From: Giardia intestinalis
Lineage: Eukaryota
Assembly (NCBI GenBank): GCA_000002435.2
Contig: CM018789.1
Reading direction: 5' to 3' (one strand)
Length of the DNA stretch: 64,000 bases
Shown: piece by piece, positions 28,166-38,986 of the stretch
Layout: every line of letters begins with the position of its first letter
Position numbering within the stretch: position 1 is the stretch's first letter
Translations under genes and position numbers: made by a program
Notes under the pieces: generated by a model
Told to the model about the DNA's origin: nothing
The model's database searches: none
Seen by the model: the letters and a program-made list of their open reading frames with translations, nothing else

Positions 28166-31100
28166 TCATCGTCTTGGAAATCCATGTCCGACTCCTCTAA
28201 CACCTCGCCTAGGTACTCGACTACCGAGGTCACTAAGTCAAACATAGCGCGATTCTTGCGAGTGGAAAAGACATTATGCTCGATCATGCTCCCTAGTAAA
28301 TGGCTTGCAATTTCCGCTGCTGTTCTATTCTCCCACGGAAGCGACATCATTGCATCTAGGGTTTTCTTCATGCCATCATCAAGAGGCTTCATTCCATGCT
28401 TGCCAGAAAACGCCTTGTTATCTGCTAATGCTACGAGAGATGCGCACGATACTTCTTTCAGATTATAGCACAGACGCAGCATCTCCAGGGACGCGTCTTT
28501 TGGAATAACATAGTCCCTAATGTCCTTCATACGCTCAACAAAGTGCTTCAATTCGCCGTGCTCATACGTCTCAAACCGCACTAGATAGTTGCAGATTATT
28601 TGAACAGCATTGGCGAGGATGTGAGATTCTTCTGGATTGGTAAAATAGTTCTTAAGCGTCAGCGCATAATGAAGAAGGTTTCCGATTTGCTTCTCGCTAT
28701 AGTATGGGCTTTTTGGAAATGCTCCAGTATCGTGGACTATAATTGCGATCACACCCATTAGATATGCAATCCTATATCCAGACGTAGCCTTAAGGTCATT
28801 GGCTGTATACTCTACTGAACTTATGGTCGTGCTATAAATGGCGTCCATAACTTCACAACCATCACGGTATGCGTCAGTGACGAGCTCAAGAAGGGCGATG
28901 TAGAAGCGATCAGACACAACCCCTACTGGTGCATAATTACGTTCGAGAGGGTCGGCGGGCCTTGATATTGCCAAAGACGTGTCAGCTGTTGGTCCAGAGG
29001 ACTCTTCTGGCGGAAGGTTCTCTATGGAAGCGAGAGCCGAAATAATTCTAAATATATTCTGTGCCTTTTTCATGATGGCTTGTGACTTCTTCTTCTTTGA
29101 ATCAGTAACATCTGAGGTGATCTCCATGGCGATGACAGCGTAGCTCGTTATGACGCACTCCTGTGCTTTCTCCTTCAGAGGAGCCAGTTGTGCGGCAAAG
29201 AAGGGCGCTATTTTCTTACAAATGATGCTTGCCTGCGACAGATCAAGTACATCCTTCCGCTCAGGATATCTATCCAAGTCATGGTTACCCGACAGGCGTA
29301 GATTGACGGCAGCAAGGTAAAGCAAATCATCTGTCGCTTGTTCAATATTAACGGATGCAATGATTGTTAGCAAGTACGCGACCACGACCGCCAAAGGAAG
29401 CGAGACAAAGGTCTCCTTTGGACTATGGATGTAGAGGTCATAGGTTGTAGTCTTGAGCTGATCTGCATTCAGTTTTAGTATACTCCAAAGAATAGTCGAA
29501 TAATCGTAAATCTCTCCTAGTTTGTCGACGATGCAAACCATCCACCCAACGATTACAGCAAGGCGGCGCTCCCCACTGGTATAGCCTCTCTCGAGACTCT
29601 TGGAAAGCGCTGAGGCCATGTCCCACTCATGAGACACACCTAAAGCTTCCAGTAAAGAAGAGTATCGAGCGAACATCATTTGCACAAGACGAAGAAGTAA
29701 GGGCACGAGGACATTCATCACAAGGTAATCGCTGACTCCATCAGTGTGGTGAATTGAAACATAGAGTATTTCTAAAAGGGCGGACAAGTGGGTAATATCG
29801 GTTCGGCGGAAATAGTAATTAATCTCCTGCAACGAGAGGTTTTTGAATCGCTCCATTAGGGCACCTTTATCGCTTGATTTATTGCTACTGCTGGAGTCAC
29901 TATCCTCATCGCTACTATCGTCGGAACTAGCATGCTTCTCGTCACCACCTTTCTGATTATCTACAGCACCCACTTTTTCAAGCTGTGCAACTAGGTTGAC
30001 CTCCGGAATATTCAGCTCTCCAAGATTCTCCTTTTGAAAGAGAGGAAGGAGCATTTCCTCTGTGTCTTTATCCACGAGACTCTGCAAAAACCTCTCCAGA
30101 TGGCGTGATATGGAATTGGAATCATGATAATTCTTGCGAAAAGAAACCAGGGCATCTACTATGTTGCACCTATCAGGCAACAAAAGATCTATCTGATTGT
30201 CAGCAATTTCAACAGGACCGAACGCTGACAAAAGAGCATATGATAGCTTACAATGGGGTGCAGAAACAGCCTCGAAGCCTTTGAGCTCATCACGGATACG
30301 TGTGGTATATTCTGCAGATAGATTGCGAGAAACCTGCAACTTTCTCAACAGGTAGGTGAGATATATTTTTTTTTCCTCGTCTGTACCGTTCTTCAAATTG
30401 TGGTAGACGTCACTGAATACTTCACAATCTTCTACATCATTTATAAATGCTGACAAGGCTAAGGAGAACAAGCTCTTAGGTGTTGTAATCGAGAAAGACT
30501 CCGTGGCCTTAATATTAACGAGGTAAGTCTTAAGAGTCTCAGACAAAACAGAAGGTTCCAGAATCTCTGCCGTTGCGAGGTAAAGATTCCAAAGAAGTGG
30601 AAGGACGGCGGTAGAGCTTCCAGTGTAGAACAGACAAGAGGGGCTCTTTTTCATTGAAGTGCAGACAAATGCAAATCTATGCGCCACAGACGTTGTAATC
30701 GACCCTATCAGTGCCTCATCTGCATCCTCTACGGACAAGAATTTGCTTAGGAATTCTCTCTGTGCCGGCGAGAAACTGTACAGTAGGAGGGTCTTCCCGA
30801 TGGCGTCAGATATGCCAGTCTCTATGTCATTTGCTGAAGCTGTAGATAGCAATATCATGATACGCTGGATGCAAAAGGTCAAGCAGCAGGACGACACCTT
30901 GTTAAACGTGTAGGCTCCCAGGTCAGATGAATGCTTAGAATCTTCTGCAAACTGATAACAAGCAGCTAGTGTTTTAAAGAACGAAGTGCAAAGATCATTG
31001 AAGTGCTCCAGTGAGTTATTTTTGTTGTCTATCAATTCTCTGTGCAAATCCTCGGTTCTGATGTTTGTTAAACTAAAGATCTCAAAGAAAGACACAAGCG

Positions 31101-32091
31101 TCTCTAGTGTCTGCATCATAGACTCATGCTTGATGGGTAGGCACCCGCTTTTGGCCCCATTAGCCTCTTCCTTAGCAGCGGCCTGCTGAACAGCGGCCCC
31201 GGCGCCAGCCCAAAATGAAAGGATAACCTCTGTGCTGGCATTGCTGCCATCCGTGAGATTCTCCATCAAAAAAGAGAAGGCTCTACACGAAACATCATCA
31301 TCGTTTTCATCGTCGGACTCCTCATTGTCCTGAACAAATATATCTATGTTCCCTGTAAACAGGGCATACCCCAAGACAGAAGCAACCAAGGTGAGCATTT
31401 CTGTGCTCCTAAAGAAGTCTGCGCTTGCATATTGGAAGAGTTCTGATATAAACCTCAGCTTCTCGATGCTCATGGGGCTATCTGGAGCTAGTCTGGCACA
31501 ATCAAGTAGGTCGCGAGACCGTGCGTTCCCTAGTATCAGGCCCGGAAACATCCTGGTCTCTGGTATGTAAACGTGACCCATCGGTGCCGCAGGCATGCCA
31601 CTTTCTGCATAGCAGACAGAAAAGTAGTACGGAATAGTGCTCTTCACCTTTTCAGGATAACGAGGGACGTCAGAAGAGGTGGGATCATTCCAAACTTTCT
31701 GAAATGCCTCAGAGAAAACGTTAACAATCAGCTCAAACTCCGGATCCATGAGAAAAGGGGTGATCTCAAAGTACCCACAAAGAGTGGAAAGGAGTGAGAC
31801 AACGTCATAGGGGGAGGTCTCCGAAGGCATATTTTTAACGGCAAGAGACATCTTCTCCCCAATCGCTTGAATAGCTGTTTTAGTCTTCTTCTCCTTGTCA
31901 CTAGGTCTATCGGAATTATTGTTCTGAGACTCTGACTGTAGATACTGGAGAACTGCCTCGTGGGTTAAGTACGCATCCCGTGCATCTCTATAGTGCAAAA
32001 ACTGTGTTACGAACTGACTAACCATTTCTATGGTGAGTTTCTTAGAAAACCTCACTCCGTTGGAGTCGAACTGGTAGCTCCCTTGAGACAT
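28159..32091 (-). CDS. large hypothetical protein (1310 aa), probably helical-repeat (ARM/HEAT-like)
   Basis: Single intronless ORF from ATG at 32091 behind gaatagaaaaaATG. Internal acidic Ser/Asp tract DSSDEDSDSSSS. No diagnostic domain. Its 3' end overlaps the DPM1 stop by 7 nt. Confidence 0.65.
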   Translation of the reverse strand: MSQGSYQFDSNGVRFSKKLTIEMVSQFVTQFLHYRDARDAYLTHEAVLQYLQSESQNNNSDRPSDKEKKTKTAIQAIGEKMSLAVKNMPSETSPYDVVSLLSTLCGYFEITPFLMDPEFELIVNVFSEAFQKVWNDPTSSDVPRYPEKVKSTIPYYFSVCYAESGMPAAPMGHVYIPETRMFPGLILGNARSRDLLDCARLAPDSPMSIEKLRFISELFQYASADFFRSTEMLTLVASVLGYALFTGNIDIFVQDNEESDDENDDDVSCRAFSFLMENLTDGSNASTEVILSFWAGAGAAVQQAAAKEEANGAKSGCLPIKHESMMQTLETLVSFFEIFSLTNIRTEDLHRELIDNKNNSLEHFNDLCTSFFKTLAACYQFAEDSKHSSDLGAYTFNKVSSCCLTFCIQRIMILLSTASANDIETGISDAIGKTLLLYSFSPAQREFLSKFLSVEDADEALIGSITTSVAHRFAFVCTSMKKSPSCLFYTGSSTAVLPLLWNLYLATAEILEPSVLSETLKTYLVNIKATESFSITTPKSLFSLALSAFINDVEDCEVFSDVYHNLKNGTDEEKKIYLTYLLRKLQVSRNLSAEYTTRIRDELKGFEAVSAPHCKLSYALLSAFGPVEIADNQIDLLLPDRCNIVDALVSFRKNYHDSNSISRHLERFLQSLVDKDTEEMLLPLFQKENLGELNIPEVNLVAQLEKVGAVDNQKGGDEKHASSDDSSDEDSDSSSSNKSSDKGALMERFKNLSLQEINYYFRRTDITHLSALLEILYVSIHHTDGVSDYLVMNVLVPLLLRLVQMMFARYSSLLEALGVSHEWDMASALSKSLERGYTSGERRLAVIVGWMVCIVDKLGEIYDYSTILWSILKLNADQLKTTTYDLYIHSPKETFVSLPLAVVVAYLLTIIASVNIEQATDDLLYLAAVNLRLSGNHDLDRYPERKDVLDLSQASIICKKIAPFFAAQLAPLKEKAQECVITSYAVIAMEITSDVTDSKKKKSQAIMKKAQNIFRIISALASIENLPPEESSGPTADTSLAISRPADPLERNYAPVGVVSDRFYIALLELVTDAYRDGCEVMDAIYSTTISSVEYTANDLKATSGYRIAYLMGVIAIIVHDTGAFPKSPYYSEKQIGNLLHYALTLKNYFTNPEESHILANAVQIICNYLVRFETYEHGELKHFVERMKDIRDYVIPKDASLEMLRLCYNLKEVSCASLVALADNKAFSGKHGMKPLDDGMKKTLDAMMSLPWENRTAAEIASHLLGSMIEHNVFSTRKNRAMFDLVTSVVEYLGEVLEESDMDFQDDDY

Positions 32092-32225
32092 TTTTTCTAT
32101 TCCACTTCAATTAATTGCTCTGCCAATTTTGGTAATTATCCACGGTCGGACAGAATTGTGAAAAATTCACAGAACTGATGTAAAATTTGTTACAAAAAGG
32201 CCCTGGCGGCCCTTCTGACTTCTGG

Positions 32226-34610
32226 ATGCCACCTCTGGTTCCCAAGCCGCCGTCTCCTAAACTTCTCAAACAAGCCAAAATGCTACCTATAGACCAATTG
32301 GAGTATACATTCACGCCTCACGTCCTGGAGGCAGCCCGAACTGCAGCCCCCAACGACCCCGAGACTCAAGCCATTAACGTCGTGTATCGTTTGTACAATT
32401 CTCACAAAAGGTACACTGATAAAATGGAGCGTCAGCGCAATGCACTTAAGCAGCAAAGAGAGATGGATGAGGTTGCAGAGTGCTCATTCAATCCACAGAC
32501 GAGAGTGTCGCAGGTTAGCGGTGGTAAAATGCGCGTATACTCTAAACCATTCCTGGAGAGGCAGGAGAAGTGGACTGAAAAGGTAAAGCGAAAGCGAAAA
32601 CTTATTGAGGAGCTGAACCAGATCCGCGAAGATGCTGAGTTACTGTTTTGTCCAGAGGTCAATGAGCGTTCTCGATACCTTGCAGAGAGAAACCCCCAGC
32701 GCCATACTTTTACTGATGCACACACTAGTACAGATGTCCAGGAGTCACGAAAAGCTCCTCTCACCCCATCCAGACATGACGGTATTCCCTATGGGTACAT
32801 AGTACGAGAGAAGGGACTTCGGGGATCCTCAGCTTCTATCAGCAAGCCTGCTGCTAACTATATGACTCTTGCCGACCTCGCTGATATAGTTGAGCAAGAT
32901 CAGTGCTTTGGATACCCCGAAATAACTACGAAGGCTGCAACATTGGATAGGGTAGGGTACGTATTTGATAGGCTTTACGATATGAGCAAGCGCCAAAGAA
33001 GCACTAGTATTGACGTTGCACCAATTCCTCATGATGGCACACGTAAAGGAACACGATCTTTGAGTGCATCCGCTCAGACTTACCAGCGTCTTTACGAAAA
33101 CCATAAGGACATTGCTGCCAGAAAGCACAAGCGCGAAGAGCAATACTATCAGCGCATTACATCAGGTGGTACCAGTGCCGAACGTTATGGAGAGCAATGG
33201 GTGCGGAAGCGCGATGCTCTTGCACGTCGAGCAATGCAGCGCAAGGGCATCGATATAGGTAGTCCTTCACTTTCCCACAACCGGCCCAGTGAGAGTGTCT
33301 CGGACGACACACTTTCCAGTACATCTACCCCTACTTTTGCCACACCTGCAACAGACCACCTTACCAGGCACTTTGTTGCCATAAGAGACTCGCCAACCGA
33401 AGACTATAGCAAACCTGAAAGTAGAAAACAGTCCACCTCTGTCCTCGATCTAGATCTCTTGGCCAAGGAGGCAGAACGCCTAGCCAGCCCTCGGCTAAGA
33501 TCCAATGAACATACCAGCATGAGTGCAGACCTCACCGATTCGCAGTTTCAGTTGATTGGATATGGAGAGGAGCTTGACATGGAGCTGGAGGCCATGAACG
33601 ACGCCATATCCAAGAGGACCCAGCAGAGAAGTGTGCTGAAGCAGAGCCCGGGACCACAACCTCGTTCACAAAAGCGTTCTCAAGCAAGTGTGCAGCAGAG
33701 TCAGATGTCTGTTTTTGATCGACTTGCTGCACTAAAGGCAATAAAGGATAATGAGGAGGTGCAGAAAGCACAAGACGGGACTGCAAAACACGCTCCGAAA
33801 TGCCCCTCTGCTAGCGACGCGGATACTGTTGCGTTTTTGGCGCGGATGCAGCGCTATACCGACAAAGCAAAGGCTAAGCAGGAGCAACTCCGACAAGAGG
33901 TAGAGTCTAAGCGCAACGAAGAAGTATCATTTAAGCCCGATTTGACGCTGAGCAGGATCGGATCGTCACGATATAAGGATCGGATTGTAGGAGATATGCA
34001 CGCTAGAGAAGAGCAATGGCTTGCAAGGAAGAAAGCAAGACAAGAGAAGGTGAAGATCGACATGCTCGAAGAACGGATCAGAAGGGAAGAGCGCGAAGAG
34101 CAACAGCTGAGAAGCTGTCTAGAGAACTCCAAAACACATAACTTGAAACAGCTGCACAGAACACTCGTAGGAAAAAACGAGGATGTGCTTATACATGGAT
34201 CTGGAAGAGCCTTTCCACGGAACGCCGACGAGCTTACCGCTATGGCCGACCAAGTGGAAAAGGCATGTCTTATTTTAAATACTCCCAGCCCACCTGAACA
34301 GTCGCAGACGGGCCGATCGATTCGACGCGGAAACACCTTCGGTCTTACGGATTTGCTGCCAACATCTGTTGGATCCGCTAAGAGTCGCATGGAGTCCGGG
34401 ACAAGCCCGAACTATGCAGCATCAGGCACAGGAGATCCATCTAATAAAACACTTACCCTCCTATCCAGTATAGGTAACGGATCTGTTGTCAATGCCTGCA
34501 ACACAATCGATAGTATCACTAATCACATAGCCCGAATGAAAAAAGGGGCACAGTTGCGTACAGAACGGACGACGGGATACTTATGCCCTGATGAATGGCT
34601 CCTGAGTTAA
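32226..34610 (+). CDS. hypothetical charged/coiled-coil protein
   Basis: The track ORF starts at TTG 32187. The first in-frame ATG is 32226 and the next is 32280, which has a better A-rich context (gccaaaATG). Highly charged K/R/E/Q-rich sequence. Three repeats of a short Phe-X-Pro motif: CSFNPQTRVS, LFCPEVNERS and SFKPDLTLSR. Confidence 0.55.
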   Translation: MPPLVPKPPSPKLLKQAKMLPIDQLEYTFTPHVLEAARTAAPNDPETQAINVVYRLYNSHKRYTDKMERQRNALKQQREMDEVAECSFNPQTRVSQVSGGKMRVYSKPFLERQEKWTEKVKRKRKLIEELNQIREDAELLFCPEVNERSRYLAERNPQRHTFTDAHTSTDVQESRKAPLTPSRHDGIPYGYIVREKGLRGSSASISKPAANYMTLADLADIVEQDQCFGYPEITTKAATLDRVGYVFDRLYDMSKRQRSTSIDVAPIPHDGTRKGTRSLSASAQTYQRLYENHKDIAARKHKREEQYYQRITSGGTSAERYGEQWVRKRDALARRAMQRKGIDIGSPSLSHNRPSESVSDDTLSSTSTPTFATPATDHLTRHFVAIRDSPTEDYSKPESRKQSTSVLDLDLLAKEAERLASPRLRSNEHTSMSADLTDSQFQLIGYGEELDMELEAMNDAISKRTQQRSVLKQSPGPQPRSQKRSQASVQQSQMSVFDRLAALKAIKDNEEVQKAQDGTAKHAPKCPSASDADTVAFLARMQRYTDKAKAKQEQLRQEVESKRNEEVSFKPDLTLSRIGSSRYKDRIVGDMHAREEQWLARKKARQEKVKIDMLEERIRREEREEQQLRSCLENSKTHNLKQLHRTLVGKNEDVLIHGSGRAFPRNADELTAMADQVEKACLILNTPSPPEQSQTGRSIRRGNTFGLTDLLPTSVGSAKSRMESGTSPNYAASGTGDPSNKTLTLLSSIGNGSVVNACNTIDSITNHIARMKKGAQLRTERTTGYLCPDEWLLS

Positions 34611-34662
34611 GTGTTGCTCTTGCTTGCACCCAGGTTTCGTAAATTATAAAACATAATTATGA

Positions 34663-36819
34663 ATGAAACTTAGTAATGATCTATTTCAACAGGAGGGGCA
34701 GCTCAGTGATGATTTTGAAAGGGAGGACGGTGGCATAAACCCAGATCAAGCGAACTCTGGCCCACAGTGTGCAGCAAGTGGTCTGAATTTTGACTTCGCT
34801 GAAGGAGGCAAATTTCACAATTTCCGAGCTCGTGCAGTTACTAAGCTTAACATGCCTGTTTTCCAAACAGATCTAAGCCCTATATATCGTAAATCGGAAT
34901 CAAAGTTGGGACCGAAACATGTCTCTCCCATCATGTCTCTGCAAAGCTTAGATGGCCTTGGATCTGTCCGACGGGTATCGTCCATATCTAAGCCCCCCAG
35001 CTCTGAGACTTATCCATTAACCACCAAGCACAAGATAAATCCAACCAACGCATCTGAAGGAGGCAATCCGATTTACTTTGCGAAGAAGACGACCAGATTA
35101 AAGCCTTCGATGATAAAGAAAAACACATGCAACGTAAGCAATGCCCAGCGAAGATCTTCTGACCTGACCACACAGACACCGCCTCTACCAGGTGTAACCC
35201 TTCTCTCAGATAGCTTAACCTTCAGTGCGAATACCGTACCACATATCGGTGAGAACACGATTGGAAGCTCCAGCCATGTAGGTATTAGCTTGGGGCATAG
35301 CTTGGGGGTAGAGTTTCGAGAACCGTATGAAGTAAAGAAATATGGGTCATCAATCTCAAATCCCCCGGGGAAAGAGGTCGGCATTGCAAAGAAGGCAGAA
35401 TTAGAGACAGAGCTACTCAATCAGAAAATTCAATTCAGTAACCAGCAGCCTGCACACGTTCTCAGAAAAAAGTTCGGTGATCCTGTCAAAGCACCAGCAT
35501 CAGCTGGCAGAGCCTACGGGTCCAGGGCCCCAATGCGAGCCCGGACAATCTCGGACTCGGCATACATTCGTGACTCCATTGCAAAAATGAATTCTGTTGG
35601 AGTAGAATCCAAGAGTGTCAGACCTGTTCCAGCTGGTATAAGTAGTTCCTCAAACCCACCAAGAATGCATCCCAGTCAACGTCGAGACGAAGCGCAAGGG
35701 TCTCTCCTTCGTATATCCATACAGAATACAGATGCGACTGGACCACATCTAGTGGAAATAACACAACCATCACATCAATCGGCGAACCAAAGGCGTCGGC
35801 CGCAATCGGCTGATAGTGCCCTATATGCTAGACGTCGTGTAACAAGCACGTCTGCTCTTATTACTCCCTCCCATGACCTTCATGAGTCCAAAGAGCTCAA
35901 CCAGCGATTGACCAAGAGCTCTTGCATAGATATGAACTCTACGGTTAACCTTGCATTTTCAGTAAGGGGTAGGGACGCGGAAAACGCTGTGTCAGTCCAG
36001 AAACGCCCACAGAGTGCTACAACAGGAAATTCCAAGGAGTATCTTCTGGCTGGGTCATACAAGCTTCCATTCACCAAACAGAACGTAAGAGCAAGGCTTG
36101 GACTGAAAAAGATTGAACCCACTGTGAAGCCAATTGACAGGATACACGAGGTAATCGGCTTCAATCCATCCGGATATATGTATGAAAAGGGTAGAATAGA
36201 GCGCGAAAAGCAGGAGTTTCTGCGTCAATGTAATGGGGCCGTAAGGCAATACCCAGTCTCTGCCACTTTGTACCCGCGTAAGCCACAGAGACTTTCTTGG
36301 CACGGCATCACAAATGTGAAGCAAGGAGGCACATCAGAGAATGCAACTGGGATGGAGGCCCACTCACCAGCCACAGAGTCGCACGGAAGGTGCACCCTTC
36401 AAGATGAAGGAGACCAAATGAATGTGATATCGTTCGATAGTAAGGGAGAGAAACCTGGCAATCAGGTGCTTCAGACGCCCATTAGGAGGCAACAAGGCCC
36501 CGCTAGTGCTAGAACAGCCATCCTAGAGACCCCGGAAAAGAGACCCAGCAACGCAATGGTAGTACAGCAGTATATTGCTTCGTTGTCTGGAGCACAAGGA
36601 TCAAGACCGGCTAGTGCAGCTGCCGGTACCCTTGGTGTTGACAGTCTTCCCACAAAGGTCTTCATAACCAAGGAGCCACTCCCGCTCAGAAGAACACATC
36701 ACAAGCATCAGTTTTCCATGTTCTATGACCCCAACGCCACAACAGAAGTATACGACCGTACTGTTCGCCTTCGGTCACGCCCTAGCAGCGCATCCAAGAC
36801 TTTGTCAACCAAGCATTGA
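34663..36819 (+). CDS. hypothetical Ser/Pro-rich low-complexity protein
   Basis: 718-codon ORF from ATG at 34663 (aaacataattATGaATG context). S/P/T/R-rich with no domain recognised. Confidence 0.5.
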   Translation: MKLSNDLFQQEGQLSDDFEREDGGINPDQANSGPQCAASGLNFDFAEGGKFHNFRARAVTKLNMPVFQTDLSPIYRKSESKLGPKHVSPIMSLQSLDGLGSVRRVSSISKPPSSETYPLTTKHKINPTNASEGGNPIYFAKKTTRLKPSMIKKNTCNVSNAQRRSSDLTTQTPPLPGVTLLSDSLTFSANTVPHIGENTIGSSSHVGISLGHSLGVEFREPYEVKKYGSSISNPPGKEVGIAKKAELETELLNQKIQFSNQQPAHVLRKKFGDPVKAPASAGRAYGSRAPMRARTISDSAYIRDSIAKMNSVGVESKSVRPVPAGISSSSNPPRMHPSQRRDEAQGSLLRISIQNTDATGPHLVEITQPSHQSANQRRRPQSADSALYARRRVTSTSALITPSHDLHESKELNQRLTKSSCIDMNSTVNLAFSVRGRDAENAVSVQKRPQSATTGNSKEYLLAGSYKLPFTKQNVRARLGLKKIEPTVKPIDRIHEVIGFNPSGYMYEKGRIEREKQEFLRQCNGAVRQYPVSATLYPRKPQRLSWHGITNVKQGGTSENATGMEAHSPATESHGRCTLQDEGDQMNVISFDSKGEKPGNQVLQTPIRRQQGPASARTAILETPEKRPSNAMVVQQYIASLSGAQGSRPASAAAGTLGVDSLPTKVFITKEPLPLRRTHHKHQFSMFYDPNATTEVYDRTVRLRSRPSSASKTLSTKH

Positions 36820-36858
36820 CACTGGATGCACATATGTTTATGTTCAGAAAAGATAGCC

Positions 36859-37320
36859 CTATAGCACCATTGGAACCCCTACAAATCGATACTGTGGGTT
36901 ATTGGCATCGAGATTTTGTTCATGGTGGGTACTACTTGTTGGTGTTGCTCTTCGATGGGTTCGTGGAGTTCTTCTGTAGTATTTGGTATTTAAAACGAGA
37001 ACAATACTCCACATTACGCTCCACCACCACGGAAGAAATAGCCAAAAGAAAAAGAACTGCAACGCTGCACATATAAGAAGATTTCTACGTTGATATTTAG
37101 CTGCACCACTGAAGGAGACGACAAACGTTCCCAAACCGCTGATAAAGAAGTTGAGAAAGAGACATGTGACAGCAAAACACGGATGAACTATTGGAGTTTC
37201 CATGCTAAGGACATAAGGCCAGAAAGCGCGACTCCTGTCAGGGGGCCTGCGTGCTGGGTTCTCTATAACGTCGGCATAGTTTGGTTCGAACGGATAGGGG
37301 TACGGGTCTGTGTCTGACAT
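36859..37320 (-). CDS. putative small membrane protein (PY-rich N-terminus plus two hydrophobic helices)
   Basis: 153 aa from ATG at 37320. N-terminus PYPYPFEPNYADVIENP. Two hydrophobic segments: CFAVTCLFLNFFISGLGTFVVSF and LLICAALQFFFFWLFLPWWWSVMWSIVLVL. Fills the gap between flanking genes. The opposite-strand ORF 36816..37076 looks less protein-like. Confidence 0.35.
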   Translation of the reverse strand: MSDTDPYPYPFEPNYADVIENPARRPPDRSRAFWPYVLSMETPIVHPCFAVTCLFLNFFISGLGTFVVSFSGAAKYQRRNLLICAALQFFFFWLFLPWWWSVMWSIVLVLNTKYYRRTPRTHRRATPTSSTHHEQNLDANNPQYRFVGVPMVL

Positions 37321-37329
37321 TGTAGATGT

Positions 37330-37944
37330 CTACCTGTCCTCTACTAGTGATAAATTTATCAAGTTTGCATTTTCCAAAGAGTCGTAAGCTTCGTAGAGCT
37401 TTGGGGTGGCGGTAGTGGTCTGTGTGTGTCTGGGGATATGCAATAAAGGGAGGTGGGTGATGGCCTGCTTGTAGTGCTCTATTCTATTCGCCCTTCCCGA
37501 CGGAGTACCGATGAAAGATGGTGGCACAGATTTAGACGACTTTCTGTTGATTGGCTTAGGGATTGCCGGGACCATGAGGGGGTGGCCTTCGATACGGTTA
37601 ACTATAAGTCGTACATTATCGGCTCTGAAAAGAGTGTAGTTCATGAGTTCGTCCTGTGTTTCCTTTGCCCTAGTGGTTGTCAGTGAATGGCGCTGTTCAT
37701 ATTGGACAATTCTTCTACGTGAGCAAGCAGTTGGATCCACAACAATGTCATCCCTTACTCCATAGCACTTCTGCGGACTGAAAAGCGTTGCCATCGTATA
37801 CTCGTTGGTAGGTGGCTTGCGAGGCATATAGGTCGAAGCGTTGTCTGATAACAAGTAGCGTCCGTGGAGCGCAGGAGGCGACAGGCCACGAAGGATTCTT
37901 CGCTGGGCACTTTGAAGAAGGTCTGGGCCATTAAGGTCCCTCAT
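37330..37944 (-). CDS. hypothetical protein
   Basis: The track ORF begins at GTG 37983. The first ATG is at 37944, giving 204 aa. No domain recognised. Confidence 0.4.
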   Translation of the reverse strand: MRDLNGPDLLQSAQRRILRGLSPPALHGRYLLSDNASTYMPRKPPTNEYTMATLFSPQKCYGVRDDIVVDPTACSRRRIVQYEQRHSLTTTRAKETQDELMNYTLFRADNVRLIVNRIEGHPLMVPAIPKPINRKSSKSVPPSFIGTPSGRANRIEHYKQAITHLPLLHIPRHTQTTTATPKLYEAYDSLENANLINLSLVEDR

Positions 37945-38116
37945 GATTAGAATCTGTAGTTTTTGAGTACCGATTTGGATCACCCGCTTTCCGGATCCTG
38001 ATCACCACAAAACAACTTTGCACATGCAAATTAGTGGCCAACACAGTATGTCGTAATTCACGCGATCTTCATCAAAAGTCATGCAATTTACGAAGGAAAA
38101 TTAAAGCTCGATTGTT

Positions 38117-38608
38117 ATGAAGTCTAGAGCATGTAGCCCTGCATCTGACCTCAACGGATGCTTACAAGACGAGAATCAGTCACTTTCAACGCTTGGCCAT
38201 AGAACCCTGTCATCTAGTAAAATCATCAACTGGTGGAGATATGCAACTGTTACAGGTGCGTTTAATAGTGCGTGTGCAACTGTGACAGAAGCACTAAGGC
38301 CACAAGACAAGCCACAAGCACACTACAAAGGAACAATACCTGAGGCTAAACGATCCTCCAGCTCCTTTGGATTTCATAGCCCGACGTGGGGGTCCCCAGC
38401 AGTTAAACATTGCATTGAACAGCGCACACGCAAGCTCCTGGATGTAAAAATACCGCATATGGGACACGCACAGGCCAGTAACTCCGCCGCAGGAGGGCGC
38501 ACTCAGAGTAGTTTTGAAGTGTGGGCCAGCGCCTCAAATGTCTGGGACAGCGTCAGAAGGGTGTTGCGGAGCTCGTCTGTGGCTCCAAAACAGAGGAGCA
38601 GTCACTGA
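38117..38608 (+). CDS. hypothetical protein
   Basis: 163 codons from ATG at 38117. Ends 2 bp from the convergent LSm gene. No domain recognised. Confidence 0.35.
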   Translation: MKSRACSPASDLNGCLQDENQSLSTLGHRTLSSSKIINWWRYATVTGAFNSACATVTEALRPQDKPQAHYKGTIPEAKRSSSSFGFHSPTWGSPAVKHCIEQRTRKLLDVKIPHMGHAQASNSAAGGRTQSSFEVWASASNVWDSVRRVLRSSSVAPKQRSSH

Positions 38609-38610
38609 AA

Positions 38611-38937
38611 TTACTGAATATATGCATCTACAGGGGCGGGGAAAATCTGTCCGGGGTCGTTTTCCTTTTGCAGTGCGGGGTTCACCACAGGGTCCACCAA
38701 TAATGCAAGCATATCGTCCCCACGTACAAGAACCCAGCCCATAGGAACGTCTGCGTACAGTACCCCGTTGGTTATTCTCTGGGCAGTGTCCTTGAGCAGG
38801 ACGTTTCCGAACCCATCATAATGGGTCAAGGTCCCGAAATACTGTGGCCCTGCTGCAGTTACAACAAGCACTGGTCTCCCGACTGCGTGTCTAAAGCCTG
38901 CTGGGCCAGCCTCACAGGATCCACAGGTAGGAGTCAT
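38611..38937 (-). CDS. Sm-like (LSm) protein
   Basis: The track start is TTG 38940. ATG at 38937 gives 108 aa. Sm1-like segment PVLVVTAAGPQYFGTLTHYDGFGNVLLKDTAQRI and Sm2-like segment GWVLVRGDDMLALL. Confidence 0.65.
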   Translation of the reverse strand: MTPTCGSCEAGPAGFRHAVGRPVLVVTAAGPQYFGTLTHYDGFGNVLLKDTAQRITNGVLYADVPMGWVLVRGDDMLALLVDPVVNPALQKENDPGQIFPAPVDAYIQ

Positions 38938-38986
38938 CAAAAAACCGCCTGTAAGACGATTAAATAATTAAAGGTCTGTAAATTCG

